Part shown: positions 1-9,513 of the stretch, piece after piece
Layout: every line of letters begins with the position of its first letter
Numbering within the stretch: the first letter of the stretch is position 1
Assembly: GCA_035291905.1 (NCBI GenBank)
Contig: DATDRF010000103.1
Coordinates: forward strand, 2,805-66,804
DNA from: Bacteroidota bacterium
GTDB taxonomy: Bacteria > Bacteroidota > Ignavibacteria > UBA10030
DNA: 64,000 bases
Direction of reading: 5' to 3'
Program-made: the position numbers and the translations under genes
The notes under the pieces: model-generated
Databases searched by the model: none
What the model was told of the DNA's origin: nothing
The model's input: only the letters and a program-made list of their open reading frames with translations

Positions 1-2457
1 TCCTATACTCTCTGGCGGGACGTTGGCGCAGATTCGACAAGCACCGCTGATACGATCCAACGCGGCAGAATCTATTACTACCGCGTTCGGGGCTATTCCG
101 CAGCCGATACATCGTCGTACGCTGCAGAGGACTCGGCGTTGGCTCCGCTGTATGCTCCTTCGAATCTTGTCGCTTCCACCGTTTCGTCGTCCAGCATCGG
201 ATTGTCATGGCAGAATTCGTCGGATGCCAGAACCGGCTACAAGGTTGAACGAAAGGCCGGCTCCGGCGGATCTTACACGGAGATTACCACGCTCGGCGAC
301 GTGAGTTCCTATTCTGATAATACACCTGCATCCGGGACGCAGTACTACTACCGATTGCGATCATACACATCGGAACTGAATTCTGAGTATTCGAACGTGG
401 ATAGTGCCTTGACGGCATTAGGCAAACCACAGAGTATTGCCGCCAATCCCTCCAGCGTGACAAACGGATCCGTCACGATCAGTTGGTCAGGTCCAAGCGG
501 TGCAACAAACGCGTGGTACAGCATCGACGCACCTCCCTCGAGCGGCCTGTCAACTCAGATGCCGCTGGTCGCGAATTCGTTTGTTCTCTCGAGTCCCCCC
601 ACGGGCGCGCGATGGGTGTTCGTCGCCCTTGAGAATACCGAAGGTTTCACCGATTATACCGCATATGATTCCGTGCTGACACAGTTTGACAACGTCGACC
701 CGGTGATCACCGATCAGTCGGTTCTTCCGACCATTGAGATTACGGGGACGAATGTCAGCACTCCGACTTCAGTCACTCTTCAGGCCCAGATCGTAAAGCC
801 TTCGGGAATCGCCAGCTTGCTGCTTCCACAACTGGAATATAAAAAGACGAATTCGGCGACCATAATAATCGTGCCGTTCCAGAACCTGGAAGGCGGAAGC
901 CTCAATCTTGGGAATCTCAACTCCCTCTTCCTGACGATTGGAAAACCGAACGGGCTCGAATACCGGATCACTGCCTCGGACGCAGCAGGCAACACGGCGG
1001 CCACCGTCTGGAAATCGTTCACCGTATTTGTGAACACTCCTCCCGTCAGCGATTTCGTGCCTCCTGCCGCAGGGACTACCGATGACATCACCGCACTGGT
1101 CACCAACTACCGGCTCTTCTCCGTACCGTATGACCTCTCGGATAAGAAACCCGGAGCATACATGGAAAAAACGATCGACGGACTCGGACCTCATGCAGAG
1201 GAGGGTGTGAACTACTACCATTGGAGAATGCAGCGCTATTTCAATGCCAACTATCAGGATTATGAGGATTTCAAGAGTCTGGATGTTCTGACTCCCGGGA
1301 CCGCATTCTTCCTCCTCTCTCGTGTGCAAAAAACTATCACCTTTGGAAGCGGGAATCTGGTCAAAGCGTCGGATATGTACAACAACGGAATCCAGGTAAT
1401 TGCAGGCTGGAATCTGATTGGCAATCCGTTCCCGGATGATTTTCCGGCCGATAGCCTCTTCGTCCTGGCAGGTTCCATAGCGAACAAAGCGTACTACGAC
1501 GGGACGGGACCGGATGGCGGTTGGTATAAGACCGCCCCGCAGATTAACACGCTCAAGAAGTGGGAAGGGCTTGCGATCAACGTCACCCAGAATACAACCC
1601 TGAGGTTCAAGGCAGTTCCGCAAACGAGTGAAGAGGAATTGCCCCCGATTCCGATGGCGATGTCTGCTGAGAAGGTCATTGGAGAGAAGAAAGAGGGCGG
1701 GTGGCTCATGAAAATCGATGCTCATCGTTCGGGCACCCCTGTGGTCGACGTAGGGAACATGATTGGAGAAGCACCGAACGCTGAAGAGGGCTATGATCCG
1801 TTCGACAGCTTCCAGCCGCCGCTTATTCCCGGGAAATCTCTCGCTTTGTACTTCAAGAACCAGGACGGGGCCATGTCGAGCGACATAAGGCCGATTCAGA
1901 CAAACGGATCCTCCTGGGAAATGAAGGTGATGACAGGTGACCGGGGTGCGAGAGTGAAGATCGGGGTGAGCGATGTCGTTGCCCTTCCGGATCTGGCTCT
2001 TGAGGCTTATATGCTCGATATCGATGACCATATGGCCTATGACTTGAGAGAGCGGCGGAACGTCGAGTTCGGTTCGAAGGAAGGAACCCGCAATTTCAGA
2101 ATTGTTGTAGGGTCGAAGGGATATGTCGACAGCGTGAGTGCAAGCCTCGGCATCGATCTCGTTCCGCAGGTCTTCATGCTGTATCAGAACTATCCCAATC
2201 CGTTCAATCCCGAAACCGCATTGAGGTTCTGGTTGCCGAGTGTCGCTTCTGTCTACAAAGTCACGCTCAAGGTGTACAACATCATTGGGCAGGAAGTGTC
2301 GACGCTCATCGACCGTGACATGAAGGCGGGATACTATGAGACGACCTTCAGCGGACGGAACATGGCATCCGGAACGTACATCTACCGCCTGACGGTGGAC
2401 GGCGGAACAAAGGAAACGTCGTTTAGCTCCGTAAAGAAAATGGTGATGGTGAAGTAA
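1..2457 (+). CDS. Fibronectin type III repeat protein with T9SS (Por) C-terminal sorting domain; 5' partial, reading frame open to window start
   Basis: Track ORF 139..2457 has no upstream stop in the same frame; translation from nt 1 reads ...GRIYYYRVRGYSAAD..., an FN3-like strand repeated later (QYYYRLRSY). The C-terminal ~85 aa (NYPNPFNPET...YKVTLKVYN...GTYIYRL) matches the Por secretion tail pattern. No N-terminal signal peptide inside the window. Confidence 0.75.
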   Translation, partial: SYTLWRDVGADSTSTADTIQRGRIYYYRVRGYSAADTSSYAAEDSALAPLYAPSNLVASTVSSSSIGLSWQNSSDARTGYKVERKAGSGGSYTEITTLGDVSSYSDNTPASGTQYYYRLRSYTSELNSEYSNVDSALTALGKPQSIAANPSSVTNGSVTISWSGPSGATNAWYSIDAPPSSGLSTQMPLVANSFVLSSPPTGARWVFVALENTEGFTDYTAYDSVLTQFDNVDPVITDQSVLPTIEITGTNVSTPTSVTLQAQIVKPSGIASLLLPQLEYKKTNSATIIIVPFQNLEGGSLNLGNLNSLFLTIGKPNGLEYRITASDAAGNTAATVWKSFTVFVNTPPVSDFVPPAAGTTDDITALVTNYRLFSVPYDLSDKKPGAYMEKTIDGLGPHAEEGVNYYHWRMQRYFNANYQDYEDFKSLDVLTPGTAFFLLSRVQKTITFGSGNLVKASDMYNNGIQVIAGWNLIGNPFPDDFPADSLFVLAGSIANKAYYDGTGPDGGWYKTAPQINTLKKWEGLAINVTQNTTLRFKAVPQTSEEELPPIPMAMSAEKVIGEKKEGGWLMKIDAHRSGTPVVDVGNMIGEAPNAEEGYDPFDSFQPPLIPGKSLALYFKNQDGAMSSDIRPIQTNGSSWEMKVMTGDRGARVKIGVSDVVALPDLALEAYMLDIDDHMAYDLRERRNVEFGSKEGTRNFRIVVGSKGYVDSVSASLGIDLVPQVFMLYQNYPNPFNPETALRFWLPSVASVYKVTLKVYNIIGQEVSTLIDRDMKAGYYETTFSGRNMASGTYIYRLTVDGGTKETSFSSVKKMVMVK

Positions 2458-2485
2458 ATCGAATTACTATTTGCAGGAGTCGTTC

Positions 2486-4990
2486 ATGAGAAGGTACCAG
2501 ATTGTATTCCTCCTGATTCTAATGGTCTGCCTGACCGCATTGGCTCAGGATTTCCGGCAGGACTGGCCGCGCATCATGGTTCTTTTTGACGAGAAGGTTG
2601 ACGGACAGCCTGTCGACGCGAGAATCGTCGCAACCCGATTGGAAGAGATCTTCCTCGAAAAAGGATTCCGTCTGGTGGATAAGGCGCAATTTGAGGCTGT
2701 GACCACCCGTGACATTGCGTTGGCCGAATCAAACCCGATGCGCGCCAAGGAGATCGGACTTCGTTATGGCGCTGAATGGGTGATCGTTGGGAAGGTTGAG
2801 GCGAGCTTTGACGCGGAAAAAGTGTTCTATGGCATAACGAACTATGAGTACGCGTCGAAAGGGAGCGGCAAGATCATTATCACCGATACCGGCGAGATGA
2901 TCGCAGTAACCTCCAAGAACACAAAGAAGAGCGCGACGGGAAAGAGTTCGGCGTCCACCGGGAGCCTGAATGCGCTCGGGGATCTCATTGCGAACGACCT
3001 TTACGTGAAATCCAGGGTCCGGATGAAGCAGGAGGAATCAGGCCCGCGGTTCATTCAGATAGCAATGGTCGGATTGGATGCCAAGATGATAGCACAACTG
3101 GAGAAATCGCTTCCGCAGGATCTGCCGATCATTAACTATTTGAAGCTTCGTTATTTTGAGAAAGACGGCGCTGTGTTTGACGCGAACGTTAATGGAACGA
3201 TTGATGACCTTAGACGTGAACTCGGAAAACGGTCGGACCTTGCGATTATCGGCTTCACCGGATCACGGGTGGATATCAGCACCAAGGAGAACGAGGAAAA
3301 AGCACGGGGCTCGGTTGTGGCAAGCCCGTTGGAGATAACGCAGTTTGCAGTCGAAAATATCTTCCCGTCCCAGGTGAATTACTACGCCTACAATTCCCTG
3401 GCGACCATTGAGGTCGAGAATTCGTCGAAGTCTGAGATTCGCAATGTGAAGGTCTCCGTCTTTGTGCCGGGATACATGAATCTGCCTTCCGAACAGATCG
3501 TTCCGAAAGTGGACCCGGGTTCGAAGCAGACCTTCAAACTTTCAGCCACGTTTGACGCGAAGCAGCTCTATACGCTCAGTGCAAACGCAACGGCTCAGGC
3601 AAAGGTTGAGCTGAGCTACGTCTTCAATGGTCAACCTCAGACACGGAGTCTGGTGCGCCCGGTGACGTTGTATAACAAGAACACAATCAGCTGGCGACGA
3701 GGCGAGTCGATCGGTGCGTTCATAACGGACACCGATGATGCCGTCGTGGGATTCTCCCGTTACGTCGTGGGAAGCGTGGGCGGAAGCGATATTCTGAAAT
3801 CATCAAAACTCCCGCGGCAGGTCATCAATGCGATGGCTGTCTGGAATGGCGTCAGAGCGTACGGTATCAATTATGTTTCCGACCCATGGAAAACTGCCGA
3901 AGGAGAAATCCTCGACCAGATCCAATATCCGCGTGAGACCCTCTCCTCGAAAACGGGTGACTGCGACGATTCTTCGGTTCTTTTGGCTGCGTGCCTTGAG
4001 AATATCGGGATTAGAACAAAGCTGATCGGTACGAGCGATCATATCTTCATCATGTTCGACACGGAACTTTCTCCCAAGAACGCATATCTCTTGTCTCTTG
4101 ATGAGAAAGAGGTGATTCCGTATGAAGGGACCGTCTGGGTTCCGCTTGAAACCACAATGATCAATGAACCATTCCCGAAAGCCTGGCGAATGGGCGCCCA
4201 GGAGTACTACAAGAACGTCGAATCGGGCGGGAAGATTGAGATCATCGACACGCGCAAGGCGAAAGAGGCTTTTCCTCCGGCCAACCTGCCTGCATCGGCA
4301 AGGCCTTCCTCACCTTCTGCTGAAAAAATCATTCAGCTGGCATCAGCCGATCTTACGGATTACGAATACCACCAAAGTCAGCTGCTCGGTTTGGCCGACA
4401 GGATGAAGACAAGCGAGAATCCGGCCGACAAAAACAAGGCCGCGATGACGTGCGCGAAGGCAGGGGATTACGAGTCTGCTGTGGCAGCATTGGCAGGTGT
4501 CAACACCCCTGGTGCGTACAACACGCTCGGAAACGTGTACCTGATGAAGAACGAGCTCCCGACCGCACAGGAGTTCTACCAGAAAGCTCTTGCGATGACG
4601 ACGGATGACGGGGGAGTCTACATGAACTTTGGTTTGGCCCGATATCTTTCGGGTTCGGAAGAAGACGCGATGGAGTCGTTCCAGGTTGCGATATCGAAGT
4701 ACGAGTCCCGGGAAAAAGCTCTTGAGGTTCTTGGACTCGAGCGCATCAATGAGGTGCTGGGAACAAGGGCTGCGGGAAAATCGGAAGTCCAGGTCTCCAA
4801 GGCGGACATCTTCGCCCTGATCGGGAGATCACTCCAGAATGTCCCCGACAAGGGGAAATCGCTCGCTCAGGCATCACGTGTTCGCGAGAAATACAAGGAT
4901 CAGCAAAACAAGTACGTGTTTGGAGGCCGCCGCGGTGCGGATCCGACACAGATTGCGAGCATTAAGGAGTTCCTGTACTGGAAAGAGTAA
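2486..4990 (+). CDS. Lipoprotein with transglutaminase-like Cys-His-Asp core and C-terminal TPR repeats
   Basis: ATG at 2486 gives signal peptide MRRYQIVFLLILMVCLTALAQD (the track ORF begins at TTG 2471). The motif TGDCDDSSVLLAACLENIGIRTKLIGTSDHIFIMFD resembles the transglutaminase-like cysteine protease catalytic core. C-terminal 200 aa are TPR-like (AYNTLGNVYLMKNELPTAQEFYQKAL...). Confidence 0.5.
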   Translation: MRRYQIVFLLILMVCLTALAQDFRQDWPRIMVLFDEKVDGQPVDARIVATRLEEIFLEKGFRLVDKAQFEAVTTRDIALAESNPMRAKEIGLRYGAEWVIVGKVEASFDAEKVFYGITNYEYASKGSGKIIITDTGEMIAVTSKNTKKSATGKSSASTGSLNALGDLIANDLYVKSRVRMKQEESGPRFIQIAMVGLDAKMIAQLEKSLPQDLPIINYLKLRYFEKDGAVFDANVNGTIDDLRRELGKRSDLAIIGFTGSRVDISTKENEEKARGSVVASPLEITQFAVENIFPSQVNYYAYNSLATIEVENSSKSEIRNVKVSVFVPGYMNLPSEQIVPKVDPGSKQTFKLSATFDAKQLYTLSANATAQAKVELSYVFNGQPQTRSLVRPVTLYNKNTISWRRGESIGAFITDTDDAVVGFSRYVVGSVGGSDILKSSKLPRQVINAMAVWNGVRAYGINYVSDPWKTAEGEILDQIQYPRETLSSKTGDCDDSSVLLAACLENIGIRTKLIGTSDHIFIMFDTELSPKNAYLLSLDEKEVIPYEGTVWVPLETTMINEPFPKAWRMGAQEYYKNVESGGKIEIIDTRKAKEAFPPANLPASARPSSPSAEKIIQLASADLTDYEYHQSQLLGLADRMKTSENPADKNKAAMTCAKAGDYESAVAALAGVNTPGAYNTLGNVYLMKNELPTAQEFYQKALAMTTDDGGVYMNFGLARYLSGSEEDAMESFQVAISKYESREKALEVLGLERINEVLGTRAAGKSEVQVSKADIFALIGRSLQNVPDKGKSLAQASRVREKYKDQQNKYVFGGRRGADPTQIASIKEFLYWKE

Positions 4991-5016
4991 AACAAGCGAC
5001 GTTTGCCGTCGGTATA

Positions 5017-5051
5017 TCCCCCGTCCTTTCCACAGGGCGGGGGATTTTTTT
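5017..5051 (+). terminator. Rho-independent terminator-like hairpin after the 2486..4990 gene
   Basis: TCCCCCG (5017-5023) pairs with CGGGGGA (5038-5044); loop tcctttccacaggg; followed by a T7 run at 5045-5051. Confidence 0.5.
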
Positions 5052-5119
5052 GTTGGGAAAGGCCATGCATAAGGACCTTCATTGCAGGTCTGCCCATTTT
5101 TGGCTATTTTCCCCCTGTA

Positions 5120-6430
5120 ATGCCCTCCAATATCATCGCAATCGTCGGACGTCCCAACGTCGGTAAATCAACACTCTTCAATCGTATTCTCGGTTTTCGG
5201 GAAGCCATTGTCCATGATGCCCCCGGTGTAACCCGCGATCGTAAATACGGCGATGCAGAGTGGGCAGGGACACAATTCACCGTCATCGATACCGGCGGCT
5301 ATGTCCCGCGCTCTGAAGATGTCTTCGAACTGGCGATTCGCGAACAGGCACAGATTGCGGTCGAAGAGGCCGACCTTGTCCTCTTTATGGTCGATGCAAA
5401 AGATGGGATCCTTCCCCTCGACAAAGAGATCGCTGGAATACTGAGGAAGTCCGAAAAACCCATTCTCCTTGTCGTAAACAAGATCGACTCCGCAAAACAG
5501 GAGATGAACTCGGCCGAATTCTTTGCGCTTGGGCTCGGGGATCCGATCAGCATCTCGGCCCTTGGCGGCCGTCAGATCGGCGATTTCCTGGATGAGGTTA
5601 CCTCGCACTTCAAGGCCGAGTCGCCGGAACCACCCGGTGAGAAGCCTCTCCGAATCGCCGTCGTGGGGAAGCCCAACGTTGGCAAGTCCTCTCTCGTCAA
5701 TGCGCTTCTGGGGAAGAAGCGCCAGGTTGTCACGGATATCCCGGGGACGACCAGAGATCCCATCGATTCAATCCTCACTTACCAAGGGGAAGAAATCGTT
5801 TTGGTTGACACGGCCGGACTCAAGAAAAAAAGTAAAGTGGCCGAAAGTGTGGAATTCTACAGTGCGTTACGCACGCTGAGAAGCATTGAGCGCAGTGACG
5901 TGGTTGTTATCCTGCTTGACGCGTCACGCCCCATCGATCATCAGGATCTTCATATTGTCGAAAGCACGGTACAGCGCAAGAGGTCAGCCCTCATTGCCGT
6001 CAACAAATGGGATCTGATCGAAAAAGACTCCAATACGGTCAAGGCGTTTGAACAGGCAATATCGATGGACCTCGGCATGTACGACTATTTTCCTGTCGTG
6101 TTTGTCTCTGCGCTGACAAAGCAGCGGGTTTCCAAAATTATCGACATGGCAAAAGAGATCGAACAGGAGCAGTCAAAGAGAATAAAGACGGGGGAGCTTA
6201 ATGATACCCTTCTTGCGGAAATAGAAAACTATCCCCCAAAGACCTCATCTCCAAAAGAGATCAAGATAAAGTATGTGACGCAACTGAAGACGAAACCTCC
6301 GTTGTTTGGGTTCTTCTGCAATGAGCCGAAACTCGTTCAGGAATCGTACAAACGATTCCTATCCAACAAGATCAGGGAACACTTTGGATTCAAAGGTGTT
6401 CCCATCACCATCATGCTGAAAAAGAAATGA
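5120..6430 (+). CDS. der: Ribosome-associated GTPase Der (EngA), tandem GTP-binding domains plus KH-like C-terminus
   Basis: IIAIVGRPNVGKSTLFNRI and second G-domain IAVVGKPNVGKSSLVNALLG; DTGG/DTAG and NKxD motifs. Internal ATG at 5120 (MPSNIIAIVG) chosen over the track start at 5003. Confidence 0.9.
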   Translation: MPSNIIAIVGRPNVGKSTLFNRILGFREAIVHDAPGVTRDRKYGDAEWAGTQFTVIDTGGYVPRSEDVFELAIREQAQIAVEEADLVLFMVDAKDGILPLDKEIAGILRKSEKPILLVVNKIDSAKQEMNSAEFFALGLGDPISISALGGRQIGDFLDEVTSHFKAESPEPPGEKPLRIAVVGKPNVGKSSLVNALLGKKRQVVTDIPGTTRDPIDSILTYQGEEIVLVDTAGLKKKSKVAESVEFYSALRTLRSIERSDVVVILLDASRPIDHQDLHIVESTVQRKRSALIAVNKWDLIEKDSNTVKAFEQAISMDLGMYDYFPVVFVSALTKQRVSKIIDMAKEIEQEQSKRIKTGELNDTLLAEIENYPPKTSSPKEIKIKYVTQLKTKPPLFGFFCNEPKLVQESYKRFLSNKIREHFGFKGVPITIMLKKK

Positions 6431-7806
6431 AGCGAAGGATCCTCGTCATCGGAGGAACGGCAGCGGGGCCGAGTGCCGCAAGTAAGGCGAAACGGACGGA
6501 TCCGGACGCCGAAGTCATCATGTTCGAGCAGGGGGATGATATTTCGTCCGGAATTTGCGAGATGCCGTACTATGTCGGCAATGTTGTCGATGATGTGAAG
6601 AAGCTGACTTCCTTTACGCCTGAGAGGCTTGAGAAGGAAAAAGGAGTGATAGTTCGCGTCAGGCACCACGTCGACGAGATTTCTCCTTCAAGCAGGAAGA
6701 TCGCCGTTCGGAACCTTGATTCTGGCAAGGTGCGGGAAGAACGTTATGACAGCCTGGTGATTGCCACAGGTTCCCGCCCCCGTTCAATAGGATTAGCCGG
6801 TGAGAACGCAAGGAACGTCTTTCACGTCAAATCTCTCGAGGGAACAATTGGCTTGAAGAGGGTCCTGGCGGATGAGAAGCCCGGATGCGCGGTCATTATA
6901 GGGGGTGGGTATATTGGGATGGAGATGGCTGAAGCGTTGGCGGCCAACGGCCTCCGGACAACCCTGCTTCACCGTCACAATCTGCCGATGATGGGTCTGG
7001 AAGAGGAGTCGCAGAAGGCGGTTGCCGTTGAACTCGCCGCTCATGGGGTGGAGTTCGTTCCGAACGTGTCTGTGCAAGCTCTGGCTCACAACCCCGGCGG
7101 AAGCGTCTACGCAGTGAAAACGGCAGAGCGTACGTACGATTGCGATCTGGTTGTGATCGCGGCGGGGGTTGAGCCGAATACCTCGCTTGCCGCCGAATCG
7201 GGAATTCGCCTCGGGCAACATCGCGGGATCCTTACGGATCAGCGACAGACTACGTCTGATGATTCGATCTATGCAGCAGGAGATTGCTGCGAGGTGCGGA
7301 ATCTCGTAAGCAACAGATTCTCCTATATTCCGCTTGCGACAACAGCAAGCAAGCAGGGTTGGACGGCAGGAGAAAATGCGGCAGGAGGGAGCGCAGTGTT
7401 TAAGGGGGTGATTCGTGCTATCGGCGTGAAGATATTCGACCTCCAGGTAGCCCATGTCGGTCTTAGCTCAAAGGAGGCTCGGGAATCGTCTTTTGATCCC
7501 GTGGTTGAACATATTGAAGCTCCTTCGAAAATCTCGTTCTACCCGGGGAGTGAACGAGTGCATATTATCGCTGTCGCCGATAAATCATCCGGCAGGGTTC
7601 TCGGAGCCAACGTATACGGCAGAGAGGGGGCCATCATGCGGGCAAATGTCCTCGCGGTTGCCATTCAGCACGGGCTCACCGCGGACGAAGTTTCCAGGTT
7701 GGATCTGATCTACACACCGCCGTATGCTCCTTTGTGGGACCCCGTCTTGGTACTCGGAAATCAACTTCGAAAGAGAATCGAGAATGAAAAACCTGGTCAT
7801 CATTGA
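6427..7806 (+). CDS. FAD-dependent pyridine nucleotide-disulfide oxidoreductase, CoA-disulfide reductase/NADH oxidase family
   Basis: N-terminal Rossmann motif RILVIGGTAAGPSAASKA, single redox Cys in SSGICEMPYYV (compare SFANCGLPYY of CoADR/Nox), second NAD(P) Rossmann VIIGGGYIGMEMAEA. ATGA overlap with the der stop. Confidence 0.8.
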   Translation: MKRRILVIGGTAAGPSAASKAKRTDPDAEVIMFEQGDDISSGICEMPYYVGNVVDDVKKLTSFTPERLEKEKGVIVRVRHHVDEISPSSRKIAVRNLDSGKVREERYDSLVIATGSRPRSIGLAGENARNVFHVKSLEGTIGLKRVLADEKPGCAVIIGGGYIGMEMAEALAANGLRTTLLHRHNLPMMGLEEESQKAVAVELAAHGVEFVPNVSVQALAHNPGGSVYAVKTAERTYDCDLVVIAAGVEPNTSLAAESGIRLGQHRGILTDQRQTTSDDSIYAAGDCCEVRNLVSNRFSYIPLATTASKQGWTAGENAAGGSAVFKGVIRAIGVKIFDLQVAHVGLSSKEARESSFDPVVEHIEAPSKISFYPGSERVHIIAVADKSSGRVLGANVYGREGAIMRANVLAVAIQHGLTADEVSRLDLIYTPPYAPLWDPVLVLGNQLRKRIENEKPGHH

Positions 7807-8410
7807 ACATCCTCTTGTCAGACGCGACCTGTCGATCTTGCGCAACAAGAAGACGCCGAGCAATATCTTCAGAGCCGTTCTCCGCCGCACGGCGAGCCTG
7901 ATGGCTTATGAAGTGACGATGGACCTGGAGCTGAAGAAGACCGTTATCCGGACCCCGCTGGAGAAGACACCCGGATACCAGGTAAAACGGTCGATAGTTC
8001 TTGTCCCGATCCTCCGCGCCGGCCTGGGCATGGTCGGTGGATTTGTCGAAGTGCTTCCCGACGCAAGGGTGGGCCATATTGGCCTGTATCGGAATGAGGA
8101 GACGCTGCAGCCTGTTGACTACTATTTCAAGGTTCCGAAAAGACTTCAGGACGCGATGGTTCTTGTGCTGGACCCCATGCTTGCCACGGGGGGAAGCGGT
8201 GTAGCAGCGTTAGACTACCTCAAGAAAAGGGGAGCGCGTCATCTGCGCTTCGTGAGCCTCGTCGCCGCTCCTGAGGGGGTCCGTGCAATTCAACGGGGCC
8301 ATCCCGATGTGAGAATCTATACCTGTGCATTGGACCGAAAGCTGAATGAGCACGGGTACATTCTCCCGGGACTTGGCGATGCCGGCGACAGAATTTTTGG
8401 GACCGAATAG
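7784..8410 (+). CDS. upp: Uracil phosphoribosyltransferase
   Basis: MKNLVIIEHPLVRRDLSILRNKKT... and LVPILRAGLGM, DPMLATGGS PRPP-binding motif; 208 aa from the ATG at 7784. Confidence 0.85.
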   Translation: MKNLVIIEHPLVRRDLSILRNKKTPSNIFRAVLRRTASLMAYEVTMDLELKKTVIRTPLEKTPGYQVKRSIVLVPILRAGLGMVGGFVEVLPDARVGHIGLYRNEETLQPVDYYFKVPKRLQDAMVLVLDPMLATGGSGVAALDYLKKRGARHLRFVSLVAAPEGVRAIQRGHPDVRIYTCALDRKLNEHGYILPGLGDAGDRIFGTE

Positions 8411-8415
8411 CCGAA

Positions 8416-9456
8416 GTGAAGACTCTCGCCGTCATAGTGTGTTTGTGTTCTATGGTGTACGCCAACGGGCCGTTTCAAAAGGTTCCCTCGCGCGTCATGG
8501 ACTCATTGTTGACAAGTGGGATCGACCAGACGCTCCGTCAGGAGTATGAAGCAGCCGGGAAGACGTTTCAGCTTGTCGTGCGGGAATTTCCGGACCATCC
8601 CGCCGGATTTCTCTATCAGGCTGCATTGATGCAAACCATGGCAATGGATTATGACCTTCAGATCGAACGTACCCCGTTCGACTCTCTGCTCGCTCTGGCC
8701 CTGGAAAGGTCGTCAGCGATGATAGACCGCGAGCCTGATTCGCCATGGGGCTACTACTATCGGGGTACCATGCTGGGCTATGACTCGTATGCCCGCGCTT
8801 TGCGCGGTGACTGGTTCGGTGCAGCGAGCAAGGGAATGTCGTCTGTCTCGGACTTTCATCATGCGGTGGAATCTGATTCCTCGTTCTTTGATGCCTACGC
8901 GGGGATTGGAACATACTACTATTGGAAAACCAGAAAGATCGAATTCCTTACATGGCTTCCCTTCGTCGGCGACAAACGAGAGGAGGGGATCGAGCACCTT
9001 TTCCTTTGCATCGAAAAGGGGGAATACAACAGATACGCTGCAATGAGCTCTCTTCTGTCGATCTATCTGGACAAGCAATCGTATGAGGAGGCGGTATACC
9101 TGGCGAGGGAGGCACTTCGAGCCTATCCGGCGAACCGCCTGTTTCTCTGGAGCCTTGCCGCCTCTCTTGAAGGCCTGGCAGATACGACCGGAGCGTTGGT
9201 GGCGTACAATCTGCTTCTCGAGGCGATGGTCAATGATCGGCGGGAAAATTCGTACAATGAGCTTGTGTGCCGTCTCAATATGCTCAAACTGGAATCAGGT
9301 CGGAAACTTCCTCAAACTCTGAAACCGGACATTGACAAGATTTTTGCACTCAAGTCCAGGATGTTCCCCGGACATTTAGAGATGCGGGCAGAGGCAAAAT
9401 TCGAGGAGACCATTCGGATTCGCGACATGCTCTTGAAACAGGCAGAACCGAGATGA
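8416..9456 (+). CDS. Secreted hypothetical protein with TPR-like helical repeats
   Basis: GTG start, signal peptide MKTLAVIVCLCSMVYA; helical repeat composition, no catalytic motif recognised. Confidence 0.45.
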   Translation: MKTLAVIVCLCSMVYANGPFQKVPSRVMDSLLTSGIDQTLRQEYEAAGKTFQLVVREFPDHPAGFLYQAALMQTMAMDYDLQIERTPFDSLLALALERSSAMIDREPDSPWGYYYRGTMLGYDSYARALRGDWFGAASKGMSSVSDFHHAVESDSSFFDAYAGIGTYYYWKTRKIEFLTWLPFVGDKREEGIEHLFLCIEKGEYNRYAAMSSLLSIYLDKQSYEEAVYLAREALRAYPANRLFLWSLAASLEGLADTTGALVAYNLLLEAMVNDRRENSYNELVCRLNMLKLESGRKLPQTLKPDIDKIFALKSRMFPGHLEMRAEAKFEETIRIRDMLLKQAEPR

Positions 9457-9513
9457 AAGTGTTGTGAAGAACAAAGCCGTAGCGAAAGACGTTGTAGGAA
9501 TGAACGTCAAAAG

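Noticed and set aside
23-304. 93-aa ORF at the window start.
   Set aside because: It overlaps the FN3 gene, whose frame is open to nt 1. Its Arg-rich composition is typical of an out-of-frame artefact.
769-2031. Other long antisense ORFs: 769..2031, 21389..22345, 22694..23602, 54007..54921, 18414..19115, 9376..10044, 50254..50898, all on the minus strand.
   Set aside because: Each is embedded opposite a confidently identified plus-strand gene (FN3 protein, trpD, corC-like, lolE, mtaB, rel, AtuA-like). Their compositions are biased (Arg/His-rich) and they carry no domain signatures, so they are treated as non-coding shadows.
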